Source of the DNA: Stegostoma tigrinum
Taxonomy: Eukaryota
DNA: 63,758 nucleotides
Assembly: GCF_030684315.1 (NCBI RefSeq)
Contig: NC_081396.1
Location: forward strand, 8,547,870 to 8,611,627
Reading direction: 5' to 3'
Shown here: positions 1 through 10,644 of the stretch, piece after piece
How the letters are laid out: each line of letters begins with the position of its first letter
How positions within the stretch are numbered: position 1 is the first letter of the stretch
Notes under the pieces: model-generated
The model's database searches: none
Told to the model about the DNA's origin: nothing
Seen by the model: the letters and a program-made list of their open reading frames with translations, nothing else
Made by a program: the position numbers and the translations under genes

Positions 1-860
1 CTTAGAACACACAATACAGGCCCTTCGACCCACGATGTTGTGCCGAACTTTTACCCCAAACCTAAGGCCTATCTAACCTCTACCCCCTACCTTATACTAT
101 CATCCCTGTGCCTATCTAATAGCCGCTTAAATGCCCCTAATGAGGGCAACTCCACTACCCTCTCCGGCAAAGCATTGCACGCCCCCTACACCCTCTGAGT
201 AAAGAACCTACCTCTGATGTCTCCCCTATATCTACCTCCACTCACTTTGAAACTATGCCCATTCGTAATAGCTACCTCCACCCTAGGAAAAAGTCTCTGC
301 TGTCCACTCTATCTATACCTCTTAGCATATTGTACATCTCTATCAAGTCACCTCTCATCCTTTGTTATCCTCAAGAGAAAAGCCCAAGCTCTCTCAACCT
401 TTCTTAGTAAGAACCTTCCCTCCATTCCTGGCAACATCCTGATAAATCTCCTCTGCACCTTTCTCAATGCTCCCACATCTTTCCTGTAATGAGGCGACCA
501 GAACTGGACACAATATTCCAGATGTGGCCGAACCAAGATTTTGTATCGCTGGAGCATAACGTCATGGCTCTTGAAATCAGTCCCTCTATTAGTGAAAGCT
601 AACATGCCATATGCCTTCTTAACAACTCTATCCACCTGGGTGGCAGCTCTCAGGGAACTGTGGACATGAACCCCAAGATCCCTCTGCTCCTCCACACTGC
701 CATGAATCTTTCCGTTAACCCTATATTCTGCTTGCAGATTTGTCCTTCCAAAATGAATCACCTCACATTTTTCAGGCCACTTCTCAGCCCAGCTCTGCAT
801 CCTGTCAATGCCCCTTTGTAACCTAGAACAGCCCTCCGCACTGTCCACGCTCCTGCACTC
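1..860 (-). mobile_element. CR1-type LINE, 3' fragment (RT C-terminus plus tail)
   Basis: ORF 348-893 has CR1 ORF2 motifs (KCEVIHFG, EQRDLGVHVH, LVRPHLEYCVQFWSPHY, VQRRFIRMLPG). Confidence 0.9.
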
Positions 861-1084
861 CCAACAACATGTAAGAGAAACTTCTTTTGTCACTCGAATT
901 GAAGCAATTTGATCATCTGCCTCAGCTGCTTCCTTATAATCAAACTACAGAGACTGGGCAGCATTCAGGGCTGGATAACCAGCAAGAAAAGTTATTGAAC
1001 CATTCATTTTATTCTCAATCTGCACACAGGAACATTAAGTATTCACTACCACAGAAAGCGGTCGAGCCTGAAACATCGTATGTG

Positions 1085-1415
1085 ATTGTGAGAAGGAATT
1101 GGTTATCGCACTTGGAGTGAAAAGGGTATCAAAATTTACGGGGAGAATTTCAAGAATAGGAGGCATTTTTCTTAAGGTGAGGGGAGAGAGATTTTCGAAA
1201 AGGCATGAGCTTTGCATGTTGAATTAACTTCCTGAGGAACTGTTGGTTGCAGGTGCAAATACAATGTTTAAAAGACATTTGGATAAGGACATGGATCGGC
1301 AGTGGTTGGAGGGATATGGGCCTGGAGCTGGCAGGTGGGACTAGTTTAGTTTGGGATTAGGGTTGGCATGGAGTGGTTGGACTGAAGGGTCTGTTTCCAT
1401 GCTGTATGGCTCTGT
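1085..1415 (+). mobile_element. CR1-type LINE 3' tail
   Basis: Segments tttaaaagacatttggataag, gagggatatgggcc and ctgtttccatgctgtatg are shared with the CR1 tails at 33480-33680 and 45350-45540. Confidence 0.75.
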
Positions 1416-2031
1416 TGAATTTGCCAGTCAATCAGGATCATAATGGATCGCAGAGCCTGCTCAATGGGCTGTATTCCTGCTTGTGTTTTCTCTGACACTA
1501 TACCTGAACCCTGAGAGAGTAGAAGACAGTGAAAGCTGGGAGCGGAGAAAGGAAATGATCTGATGTGCTTGGATTTCAGCCAATGGGAGAAGAAGTCATA
1601 GCGTGGGATGGATTTGCAGCTTGGAAGAACAAAGGAGAAAATTTATATTTCAAGAGCTGTCAATTCTTTACTCAGTGACGAGTTTTGTAAACCCATTAAA
1701 CAGATATTAGAAGAGGAGAGGCAAATCAGACTTCGTGTCAAGATCTGAAAGGTCACTCAATTCATCAGAAGCTCAGTATCATTGACCCGCGAATGTAGGA
1801 GAAATGTTTGTCTTCTGTGCGTTAAACAACAGTTTAAGGGAAACCATTGAGGCAAACACATATACATCCAATTGAGTTTGGATGTAATGGTGTCTGAAAA
1901 ATCATCGCACCATTCAAAGCAGGGAATTGTCCACACATTTTGAGTGCAAACAAGGCTAGTAATCACACAGTACACGGGGAGCCTTTTGGCCCATTAAGTC
2001 TGCACTGATAATAACCCACTCTATTTACACG

Positions 2032-2285
2032 TCCTCCCTGTGTCTGCCTGAGTTTCCTCCGGGGGCTTTGGTTTCTCCCACAATCCAAAAATATGCAGGT
2101 TAAGTGGGTTGGCCATGCTAACTCACCCCATAGTGTCCAGGGATGTGTGGGCTCGGTGGATTAGCCTTAGGAAGTGCAAGGCTGCAGGGATGGGGTGGGT
2201 CTGGATGGGATGCTCTTCAGAGGGTTGGTGAGGACTCATTGAACCAAACAGCCTGCTTCCACACACTGTAGGGGCTTCTATAAAA
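2032..2285 (+). mobile_element. HE1-like V-SINE, 5'-truncated
   Basis: V-domain gtgtctgc...gtttcctccggg...ttggccatgctaa and the ccacactgtaggg tail. Confidence 0.8.
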
Positions 2286-2419
2286 TCTACACTAGTCTCA
2301 CTCCACAGCATTTGGCCCATAGCTTTGAATGTTATGACCTTTTGAAGGGCTCACTGAAGTACTTTTTGAAGCTGGTGCAGTTTCCCACCTCCCAGGCAGT
2401 ATATTGCAGACCCCTACTG

Positions 2420-3020
2420 CTGTAGAACATGGAACAATGCAGAACAGGAACAGGTCCTCCAACCCACAATGTTTCTGCTGACCCTGATGCCATGCTAAAC
2501 TAATCCCATCTGCCTGCATGTGGTCCTTATCTCTCTGTTTCCTGTCTGTTCAACTGTCCGTCTAAATGCCTCTTAAAAATTGCTGTCTTATCTTCTTCAC
2601 CCTCTGGGTGAAAAATACTTTCCTCAAATTCCTTCTAAACATCCTGTCTTTCACCTTAAAATGATGCCCCCCCCCTTTGTTTTTGACCTGCGACTGAGGG
2701 GAACAGATGCTTTCTTTCCACTGTCTACTAGCCTCGTAATCTTAAACACCTCAGTCTGGTCTCCTTTCAGCTTTCTCTGCTCTAAAGAAATACCAAGTTT
2801 TTCCAGCCTCTCTTCATAACCAAACTGCTCCATCCCAGGCAATATCCTGGTGAATTTCCTTTGCACCCCCTTCAGTGCACCTCATCCTTTCTGTAGTGCG
2901 GAGACTGGAACTGCACACAGCACTCTATCTGTGGCCTGACCAAAGTCCTGTACAGGCCCACCCTCCCTCCCCTTATGATCTATGCCATTGACAGATGAAG
3001 GCAAGTGTCCCGTTGCTTCA
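2420..3020 (-). mobile_element. CR1-type LINE fragment
   Basis: ORF 2651-2866 reads QRKFTRILPGM...YEERLEKLG.SLEQRKLKGD. Confidence 0.8.
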
Positions 3021-3292
3021 ACTAACTGTAAAATCTCGAGGGACGACAACTGGAGCATAACATTTGCAATGTGAACACTGTAGTAAAGGATTCACTCATT
3101 CATCCTGGCAGCAAATCCGTTGGTATATCCTGAATGGGGAGAAGCCATTCCACAAGCAAGAAGGGAATTTGGTCTTTGGGCCGTTCTTCTCAGTCGAACG
3201 TTCACATACTGAGGAGAAACTATAAAGATGCGCAAACTGAAAACAAAGTTTCAGGTCTATGTCCATGCTCGCTGAACACCAATGAATTCGAC

Positions 3293-3495
3293 CGAAAGCA
3301 ACAAATGCTAGAGATCACAGTGGGTCAGACAGCATCCATGGACAGCGAGCAAGCTAACGTTTCAAGTCTAGATGACTCAAAACTCGAAACATTAGCTTGC
3401 TCTCTCTGCATGGATGCTGTCTGACCCGCTGTGATCTTCCAGCATTTGTTATTTCCAGTACAGATTCCAGCCTCTGCAGCGATTTGCTCCTACCG
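3293..3495. mobile_element. Penelope-derived fold-back element
   Basis: About 70 bp inverted arms (3300-3368 and 3381-3450), a ctcgaaac remnant and a ttccagc.tctgcag tail. Confidence 0.75.
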
Positions 3496-3654
3496 ATGGA
3501 TTCAAGCAGTGGGATGGGGGAGACGGAAACCATTTATTGCTTCATTTATTCAATACGTTACTTGCCTTCCTGTCATGCCACCGTTTTCACTCTGGTTTTT
3601 CTGGGTGAGAACAACTGGAGTTCATAGTCCAAACCAATACCAATGAATTTGGCA

Positions 3655-5480
3655 GTAAAGAGGATGAGGTCCTGAAAGGCGATTACAGGGAGCTCAAAAG
3701 GAAACAGAAAACCAGGACATCCACAGCAGTAAGTTTAGGATTACTACCAGTCCCACGTGCTGGTAAGCACAGCGCTGCTGTAGAAGAGGGAGGGCATGGG
3801 ATTTCTGAAGCACTGGGGCTTCTTCTGGGGATTTGCTAGTGCTGTTGGGGAGGGCTTAATTTAGATCAGCATAGACATGAAAGGTTAAGAGGGAGTTATG
3901 ACTCAGGGGAAACAAAACAAGTGAAAGGAAGTAGAAGTGTAGAAAACAAATAACCTAGACAGACAAAATAAAGGCAGGGATTAAAAAGGAAAATAATGGC
4001 AAGCAGACTGAAATAAAGGCACTCTATCTGAATGGACAAAACACTTGCAAAAATGTTGATGGATTGAATGCACAAGTTGAGAGAAGGGAAGTGAATTAAT
4101 TGCCATCAGAGATGTGGATACACAGTAACAGAAATAGCCAAGCGTGTTCTACATTTAATTGGGGTTGGGCGCAAAGCTAAAGAAGCTGCAGCAACACTTA
4201 AAGATAGTGGAATCAAGGGTTATGGGGATGAGGCAGGAACAGGACACTGATTGTGGATGATCAGCCATGCTCATAATGAATGGTGGTGCTGGCTCGAAGG
4301 GCTGAATGGCCTACTCCAGCACCTATTGTCTATAACACTCCTGACAAGGGATGGTATAAGTACATTAGTGAAAGTGCATCGTATTCAAAGGCTCGAGATG
4401 TGAAACCAGTTGGTGTTGATCTAAGATAAAAGAAAGGGAGGTGACCATTGATTAGAGTTGTTTATAAAACACTAAACTGTAATACTGAAGTTGATGTTAG
4501 AGATGCAAATAACGTGGGTAACACAGTAATCACTCTGATTTTCTTTTGGATCACATAAACCAAGACAGCACCAGTGCTGAGGAGGAGGAATTCCTGAATT
4601 GGAGATTGAGTTTCCAGAATCATACATTGAGAAGAAAACCAGACTACTTTGTCAAAAAACCTAACTGAAGTACATCGTTCCAGGTCATTATCACTCACCT
4701 AAATTTCTTAATTTAATCTCCATGGCCTGCAGAAATGTTAGAATTCAGACAAGGATATAATTAAGCTGGCTGGTGACTCAAGAACCAGGGACATAATTTC
4801 AGGGTAATGAGTAAGCAAGTTATGACCGAGGTGGGGAGGAATTTCTTCACTCAAAGGGCAGTGAAGCTGTGGAATTCTTTTCCTCAGATGGTTATAGAAT
4901 CTCAGTCATTGAGCAAGACAAAGGCAAAAATTGATAGGTTTCTGGAACTAATGTTTGCAGTCTGGCTGCAACTCGACAGGGGTGCAGAAGAGATTCACCA
5001 GGACATTGCCTGGGTTGGTGTATTTTGGCTATAAAGAGAGGCTGGATAAGATTAGGTTATTTTCTTAGAGCAGGCAAAACTGATGAGGGGACCTGACTGA
5101 GGTGTATAAGGTTATGAGAGACATGGGCAGGGTGGATGGTAAAAGTGAAAGGCTGGATGTTTAGAGGGAATTCCAGGCGTTTTACTTTTCCGCCCAGAGG
5201 TTGGTGGGAATCTAGGACACACTGCCTGGGAGTGCACTTGGATTAGCATCTGAAATGTCATAACTTCATAACAATGAAGGCGACGGGCCAAGTGCTGGAA
5301 AGTGGGATTAGCGTAGATCAGTCAGTGCTGAATCAAAGGGCCTTCTGTGTTTATGACCTGATGACTAATGAGATTAAGGGATGTGGACATAACGTTGTAA
5401 AGTGGCATTAGACAGGTGATCAGCCATGATCCAGAATGGCTGGATCAGCTTGCTTGGCTGAATGGCCTACTCCTGCTGTT
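3655..5480 (+). mobile_element. Nested CR1-type fragments (ORF1, endonuclease start, several 3' tails)
   Basis: ctctatctgaatg (LYLN.., APE start) at 4022; tails with gaatggcctactcc at 4300 and 5460; ORF 4807-5034 reads RNFFTQRAVKLWNS. Confidence 0.65.
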
Positions 5481-6185
5481 AATTGTTAAAATTGTTAACC
5501 ATGAATTTTACCCTCAATTGAAGAACTCTCACTTGGAAATAACTTACAATTAAGCTGTGAACGTTTATTTCAATTGCAAAATGATCTTTGCTGAAAAATC
5601 TATACATCCGAAAGGTTCCACTGATTAACATCTCTAATTACAAAGTGAATGTTACAAAGAAAAGCCAGGACACTGCTTCAATCTAAAGTGACAATCAGTT
5701 GTGTAAAAGGCGATACTGTGCAAATAAACACAGGATCAGCTGATGTGAAGAAATTGTCACCACAGACATCCCTGTGTGCTTTATGATGGGATTGAGAGGT
5801 TCTACCCTCACCAAAGCTGCCTCCCTGAAACAATCAGAAAGTGACGTTCTCACTGACAGAAGTAAAGAGATGTCCCCACTGGGTAAAATGTGACTGAGTC
5901 GTGGTCCTGGGGTGTAGTAACACAGGGAAATGTGCACTGAACCCACACTGAAGGATATGGCCATGACAGGCTCAGCCTCTCGACAACAAGAGTATATTAT
6001 TTTGACAGCAGAATGAGTTATTATAAATCAAGTCGTCAACAAATAGTCAGGAGACTGACTTTAGGACGATTGGGATAGAATTCCACACAGTCATTGGGAG
6101 TAACAATAAAATAGCTAGATATAGAATCTGGTTTTAGAAAATATCCACTAGGTGGATGCAGGTGAACAGAGAGCTGGACGAATTT

Positions 6186-6388
6186 GATGACACAGTGGGG
6201 ATGGTGGAGCTGGAGGAGCACAGCAGGCCAGGCAGCATCAGAGGGGCAGGAAAGTTGACACTTAGGGTCGGGACCTTTTGATCCAAAACGTCATCTTTGC
6301 TGCTCCTATAATGCTACCTGACCTGCTGTGCTCCTCCAGCTCCACACAGTGTCATCTCTGACTCCAGCATCAGCTGTTCTTACTATCC
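6186..6388. mobile_element. Penelope-derived fold-back element
   Basis: Inverted arms gtggagctggaggagcacagcagg / cctgctgtgctcctccagctccac, with a central aaaacgtca remnant. Confidence 0.75.
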
Positions 6389-6994
6389 AAGTGAGTTGTA
6401 ACCCAATGGAGAAATTTGAATGTCTTTACATTGACTTTTGTTTGAACTGTGTGCCTCTATGATGTGATAATGACTTAAAACTGAGTGATGGGATCTGCAA
6501 GTGAGAATGAGGCATTAAAGTTAATAGTATCACATTTTACTGGAGAATGTTTTGACATATATTCTTGGAGCCAGTTGCTGATTCTGATCATCCTAGTGGC
6601 TTTAGGCAGTTGTATGACAGTTCCAAACCCTGGACATCAGCATCTCCATAATCCAGGACCTCTAATCCATACTGAGGGAACTGTCACCTCTAATCACAAG
6701 AATCATGTCTGCCAGATCCAGAATCAGTAAACTATTTCAAGCAGCCAGCCCAGGGAACCTGTCCCCAGTTCATTTGCCAATTTTGGGACCAATAAACCAC
6801 TCTCGAGTATTCCAGGTTGTACATCTTTTCTGCCTAGGCAGTTTATGTATCATATCAAAAATGCTACTTTTCAAATAAATGCATTAAAATCATCTTTGAT
6901 TTGACTTCTTTATTGGAATTGTGACTCCCAGACAAAAATTTGAGACTTGTCCATGAGTAACTGAAGCACTGAAATAATCTCGGGTGACAATGCG

Positions 6995-7430
6995 ATGTTG
7001 GTTCTGAATCAGTGGCTGCATTTTCATCTGAGACAGGAGGTTATGGGTTCAAATCCAAATCTAGAAACTGGAGCATTAAACCCAGGTTGATATTCTACTC
7101 AAAACTGAGTGAGTCTAAGGTCCCATTTTCCAGACAAAACCTTCGACCAGGGCCTCCACCTGCCCTCTCAGTTGTCTGTAGAAACATGCACAATATTATT
7201 CTGATGAAGAGGGTGTGCCCTCTGATGAGCTGCTCAATACGTACTCCTCGACAAACATCAGTAGAGAGAGAATTTGAGTCGAAGTCACATTTCACTTTGG
7301 CAGAACTTGCTGTGCACAGTAATGACCAGTATATTTCCTATATTCCAACAGCTACTCCATTTGAAAAAGAATCCCATTGGCTCTGGAACTCCTCCAGACA
7401 TCGTGAAGTTGATACATAAATCCAAGATTG
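6995..7430 (+). mobile_element. DeuSINE (SacSINE1/AmnSINE-like), old copy
   Basis: tRNA-like head (gggttcaaatcc), Deu-type cttgctgtgcac...tttcctatattccaacag.tac segment, and L2-like tail cattggct...taaatccaag. Confidence 0.6.
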
Positions 7431-7736
7431 CCATCAATAAAAGGAGAAAAGCCAACAAAAGGAAAATAGTGACAGGACATAAATCAGTCTCTTATTTGGT
7501 AGAATAATTGCATGAATAGGAAAAGTTTGCAAGGATATGGGCCAAATGCAGGCAGATGTGACTAGTTTGACAACATGGACCGCGTGGGCTGCTTGGCCCA
7601 AAGTGTCTGTTTCCTTGCTGTATGACTCTATAAATCAAAGACTCAAAAGCTTTGTTTTTTTAATTCATTCATGTCAGTGTCGCTGGCTGGCTCAGCTGAT
7701 TTGTTTCACCTGCTGAGTATTCAACTCCAGTCCACT

Positions 7737-8062
7737 TCATAGACTCCGGATAGTGTGGAAACAGGCCAGTCAGCCCAACAAGTCCACACCGCCCTCCGAA
7801 AAGCATCCTACCCAACCCAGTCCCCTACCCCTGCATTTCCCACGTCTAACCCACTTGAACATCCCTGGGCACTACGGGCAATTTAGCATGGCCGATCCAT
7901 CTACCCTGCACATCCTTGGACTGTGGGAGGAAACCGGAGCAACCGGAGGAAACCCACGCAGACACGGGGAGAGTGTGCAAACCCCACACAGACAGTCGCC
8001 CGAGGCTGGAATCGAACCCAGGTCAGGCAGCAGTGCTAACCACTGAGATGGCGTGCCGCCCC
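7737..8062 (-). mobile_element. HE1-like V-SINE, near full length
   Basis: Reverse strand reads ggcggcacgccatctcagtggttagcactgctgcc...gggttcgattccagcctcgggcgactgtctgtgtg. Confidence 0.9.
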
Positions 8063-8109
8063 ATTGAAAAGGAGTAGTTTGGAAGCATAAAAGAATTGCA
8101 AATTGCACT

Positions 8110-8180
8110 GGTGCCAGGTAGGAGTCAAACCTACAAATGTGATCTGTGGTCAGGAGCGTTTTGCACTGCACCACTGGCCC
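8110..8180 (-). pseudogene. Decayed tRNA-Arg(ACG)
   Basis: Reverse strand gggccagtggtgcagtgcaaaacgctcctgaccacagatcacatttgtaggtttgactcctacctggcac aligns end to end with vertebrate tRNA-Arg-ACG (GGGCCAGTGGCGCAATGGATAACGCGTCTGACTACGGATCAGAAGATTCCAGGTTCGACTCCTGGCTGGCTCG, recalled). It shows CpG decay, anticodon ACG>ACA and B-box TTCG>TTTG. Confidence 0.75.
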
Positions 8181-8351
8181 TGCCTTAGAGGTTATTTGCA
8201 CTTTGTTTAAACAAACTTTAATTGTTAATCCTTCAGGAGATTCACAGCAGCAAGGTCAAGTCCCTGCAGTTACGTACAAACCTGCTGGTGGAGCTGCAGT
8301 AATGACAAATGAGTAAAATCCTGCCCACACACAGCAGCAAGGAAACGGCTT

Positions 8352-9140
8352 CTACACAGTGTGAATTTGCTGGTGTTTCAGCAGACCACTGCTACTTTTA
8401 AAGCTCTCCTCACAGTCACAGCACCTAAAAGGCCTCAGATCAGAGTGAACACGTTGGTGACTCTGAAGGTTGGATGACTGAGTGAATCTCTTTCCACATT
8501 CCGAGCAGATGAAAGGTTTCTCCCCGGTATGAACTAGCTGGTGTTTAGTGAGGTGAGACGATCGTCTGAACCCAGAACCACAGTCAGAGCATCTGAACGG
8601 TCTCTCATCAGTGTGGACACGTTGATGGGACATCAGTTCCCCAGAACTTTTGTAACACTTCTCGCAATGTGGGCATTTAAAGGGTCTCTCACCCGTGTGA
8701 ACTCGCTGATGTATTAGCAGGTGGGATGAGTGAGTGAATCGCATTCCGCACTCAGAGCACTTGAAGGGTCTCTCATCAGTGTGAACAGGTTGATGGCGCA
8801 ACAGTTGCTGGGAACTTTTGTAACACTTCCCACATGCTAGGCATTTGAAAGGCTTCTCATCAGAGTGGACACGTTGGTGTGAAGCAAGGTGGGTTTGCTG
8901 AGTGAATCCTTTCCCACACTCAGAGCAGGTGAACGGTCTCACTCCAGTGTGAATGCGCTGGTGTCTCAGCAAGACGGCTAACTGAGCGAATCCCTTTTCA
9001 CACACAGAACAACTGAACGGTCTCTCGCCCGTATGACTACGCCGATGTATCTCCAGCTCAGATGGGATTTTGAATCGCTTCCCACAGTCCTCACATTTCC
9101 ACGGTTTCTCCATGGTGGGGGTGTCCTTGTGTTTCTCCAT
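8352..9140 (-). CDS. C2H2 zinc-finger protein, 9 fingers (ZNF-1), no KRAB/SCAN
   Basis: Nine CxxC-x12-HxxxH repeats with TGERP/TDERP linkers. First ATG at 9140, alternative at 9113 (MEKPWKC). In-frame TGA at 9150-9152 lies upstream. Confidence 0.9.
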   Translation of the reverse strand: MEKHKDTPTMEKPWKCEDCGKRFKIPSELEIHRRSHTGERPFSCSVCEKGFAQLAVLLRHQRIHTGVRPFTCSECGKGFTQQTHLASHQRVHSDEKPFKCLACGKCYKSSQQLLRHQPVHTDERPFKCSECGMRFTHSSHLLIHQRVHTGERPFKCPHCEKCYKSSGELMSHQRVHTDERPFRCSDCGSGFRRSSHLTKHQLVHTGEKPFICSECGKRFTQSSNLQSHQRVHSDLRPFRCCDCEESFKSSSGLLKHQQIHTV

Positions 9141-9589
9141 GCTTGACAATCAGCTAAAGCATTAGCCGTGCGCAGTACAGACATACAGTTTCTCCCTGTT
9201 GTGAACAGTGGCACGTTAATGCTCTTCCAGTGCACTGAAATATTCTCACCAAAGAATGCGTGTGTGTGTTGTATTTTCTCAGTCACACTGATGTTCTTCC
9301 ACTGACCTTTCTCCACACATTTAAAGGATGATAACGCTCATGTCTCAACAAAACAAGAGACTGTGGTGCACCTGACGTTTGGTTTCAGCTTGTCAGCAAA
9401 TTCTCCCCTTCTAGCAGGCAGGAAAGTGTACACAATTTATAACTGTAAGCACAGGACTTAAGTTCACAACAGACACCTGTGCTCTGTGCAAATCAGTTTC
9501 TCTTCTCTTGATCCTCCAAAACAGGAAATCTCTTACTCCGCGCACTCTGGCTGGCTCTTGCCCTGAAATCGAAATCCATCGCACCATCT

Positions 9590-9709
9590 TTTTCTGAAGA
9601 AGGGTCTAGGCCTAAAACGTCAGCTTTCCTGCTCCTCTGATGCTGCTCGGCCTGCTGTGTTCACCTTGATATCTCAGATGCTCCAGAATCTGCAGTTCCT
9701 ACTATCTCT
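9590..9709 (+). mobile_element. Penelope pLTR fragment with a decayed hammerhead core
   Basis: ctgaagaagggtctaggcctaaaacgtc, flanked by the 9-bp direct repeat gcaccatct (9581-9589 and 9710-9718). Confidence 0.8.
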
Positions 9710-9839
9710 GCACCATCTCCACGGTTTGCTTCCACCAGTCCCAAGCTCCTATACTAGTTGGTGTCAATTCTCCCGCACCTTGTGTGCAGAACAATACATT
9801 TTTGACCATAAAGACGTAGAGAAGCCGAAAAAGCAGCTG

Positions 9840-10450
9840 CCGTTCGGGGTTTGGGGGGTCTTTATAAAACCTCCCTGAGCAACACTAACTACCATCTGCT
9901 TCTGCACTAGCCCGGCCGCTTGTCTCTGGTCTCAGCGCATGCTCCAGGTCACGGGCTACCGCTGGTGATTGACGGTAGCACTGGACCAATAGGAGAAGTG
10001 GGCGGGCCGACTTTCTGCGCGGGTCTTGTGGTTTTTCAACCAATTGAAAAGACAGTGGGCGGGGTGGATATGTGACACGTGATATCCGTCGTTTGTGTCC
10101 CGCCATCCCTTTCCCAAAGAGGATGCTGTAGCTGTCTGCAGGAGGTAAAGGAGACGTTAAAAGGGGAGGAACAGCGGAGAGAATATCACCCGGTTTGGGC
10201 TGGGATGTTTTCTGAATCTCAGATGTTGGCCCCCAGAACCGAAATAGAAACCCTCAGTTCCGTGTTTGCTGTGAACGGGGAAACGGCTGCAGGCCTCAGG
10301 CGGTGGTAGGGCCGGGGTGCCGGCGCCATTTTTATTGGGGGCAAGATTTTGCGTGACACATGCAGGCACTGCCATCTTTGTAGGGGGCAAGGAGTCGGCA
10401 ATTTTTGTGCAGCTTTCCATTGAAGGGGTTTCGGAAAGGAGAATTTACAC
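9840..10450. promoter_or_regulatory. CpG-rich bidirectional promoter for ZNF-1 (-) and ZNF-2 (+)
   Basis: CpG-dense. GCGCATGC at ~9935, TGATTGAC 9966, CCAAT 9986 and 10040, GC boxes, twin GCCATnTT..GGGGCA at 10325 and 10371. Genes diverge on both sides. Confidence 0.8.
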
Positions 10451-10538
10451 ACAGCGAGCTCACATCAAGAGAAGTGATTGTTTCTTATGAGTTTCTGTCC
10501 TTGGTTGTTGGTGATGAACTTATACATTTATTTTACAG

Positions 10539-10634
10539 ACTGTTTACAAGAGCGAAAAATTTGTAGCAAACCAAACGTCTGATCAAAATCTGACAATCGT
10601 TTATCAGGACCTAGATATTGTCGGCCTTTTGAGT
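10539..10634 (+). other. Non-coding 5' exon of ZNF-2
   Basis: ttttacAG acceptor and GTAAGT donor; homologous exons occur in five paralogs. Confidence 0.75.
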
Positions 10635-10644
10635 GTAAGTCACA

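Larger units (their letters stand above)
1510..3640 (+). pseudogene. Heavily decayed C2H2 ZNF gene, interrupted by SINE, CR1 and fold-back insertions
   Basis: 1700-1800 matches the cluster's coding-exon leader (acagatattagaag...tcaagatctga...ttcatcag). 1895-1960 and 3050-3290 give broken finger repeats (CEHCSKGFTHSS, NGEKPF, HTEEK, LAEHQ) with stops and frameshifts. Confidence 0.65.

Noticed and set aside
3293-3455. miRNA precursor hairpin
   Set aside because: The hairpin is explained by an inverted Penelope pLTR with many relatives, and there is no expression evidence.
10371-10390. CTCF site reading of tagggggca
   Set aside because: The 5' CCAS half of the CTCF consensus is missing; the YY1 plus GGCA composite fits better.
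10157-10452. Small conserved protein (PPIKMA / PNKDG) on the minus strand of promoters
   Set aside because: The similarity is only the translated twin DNA motif, and frames differ between copies.
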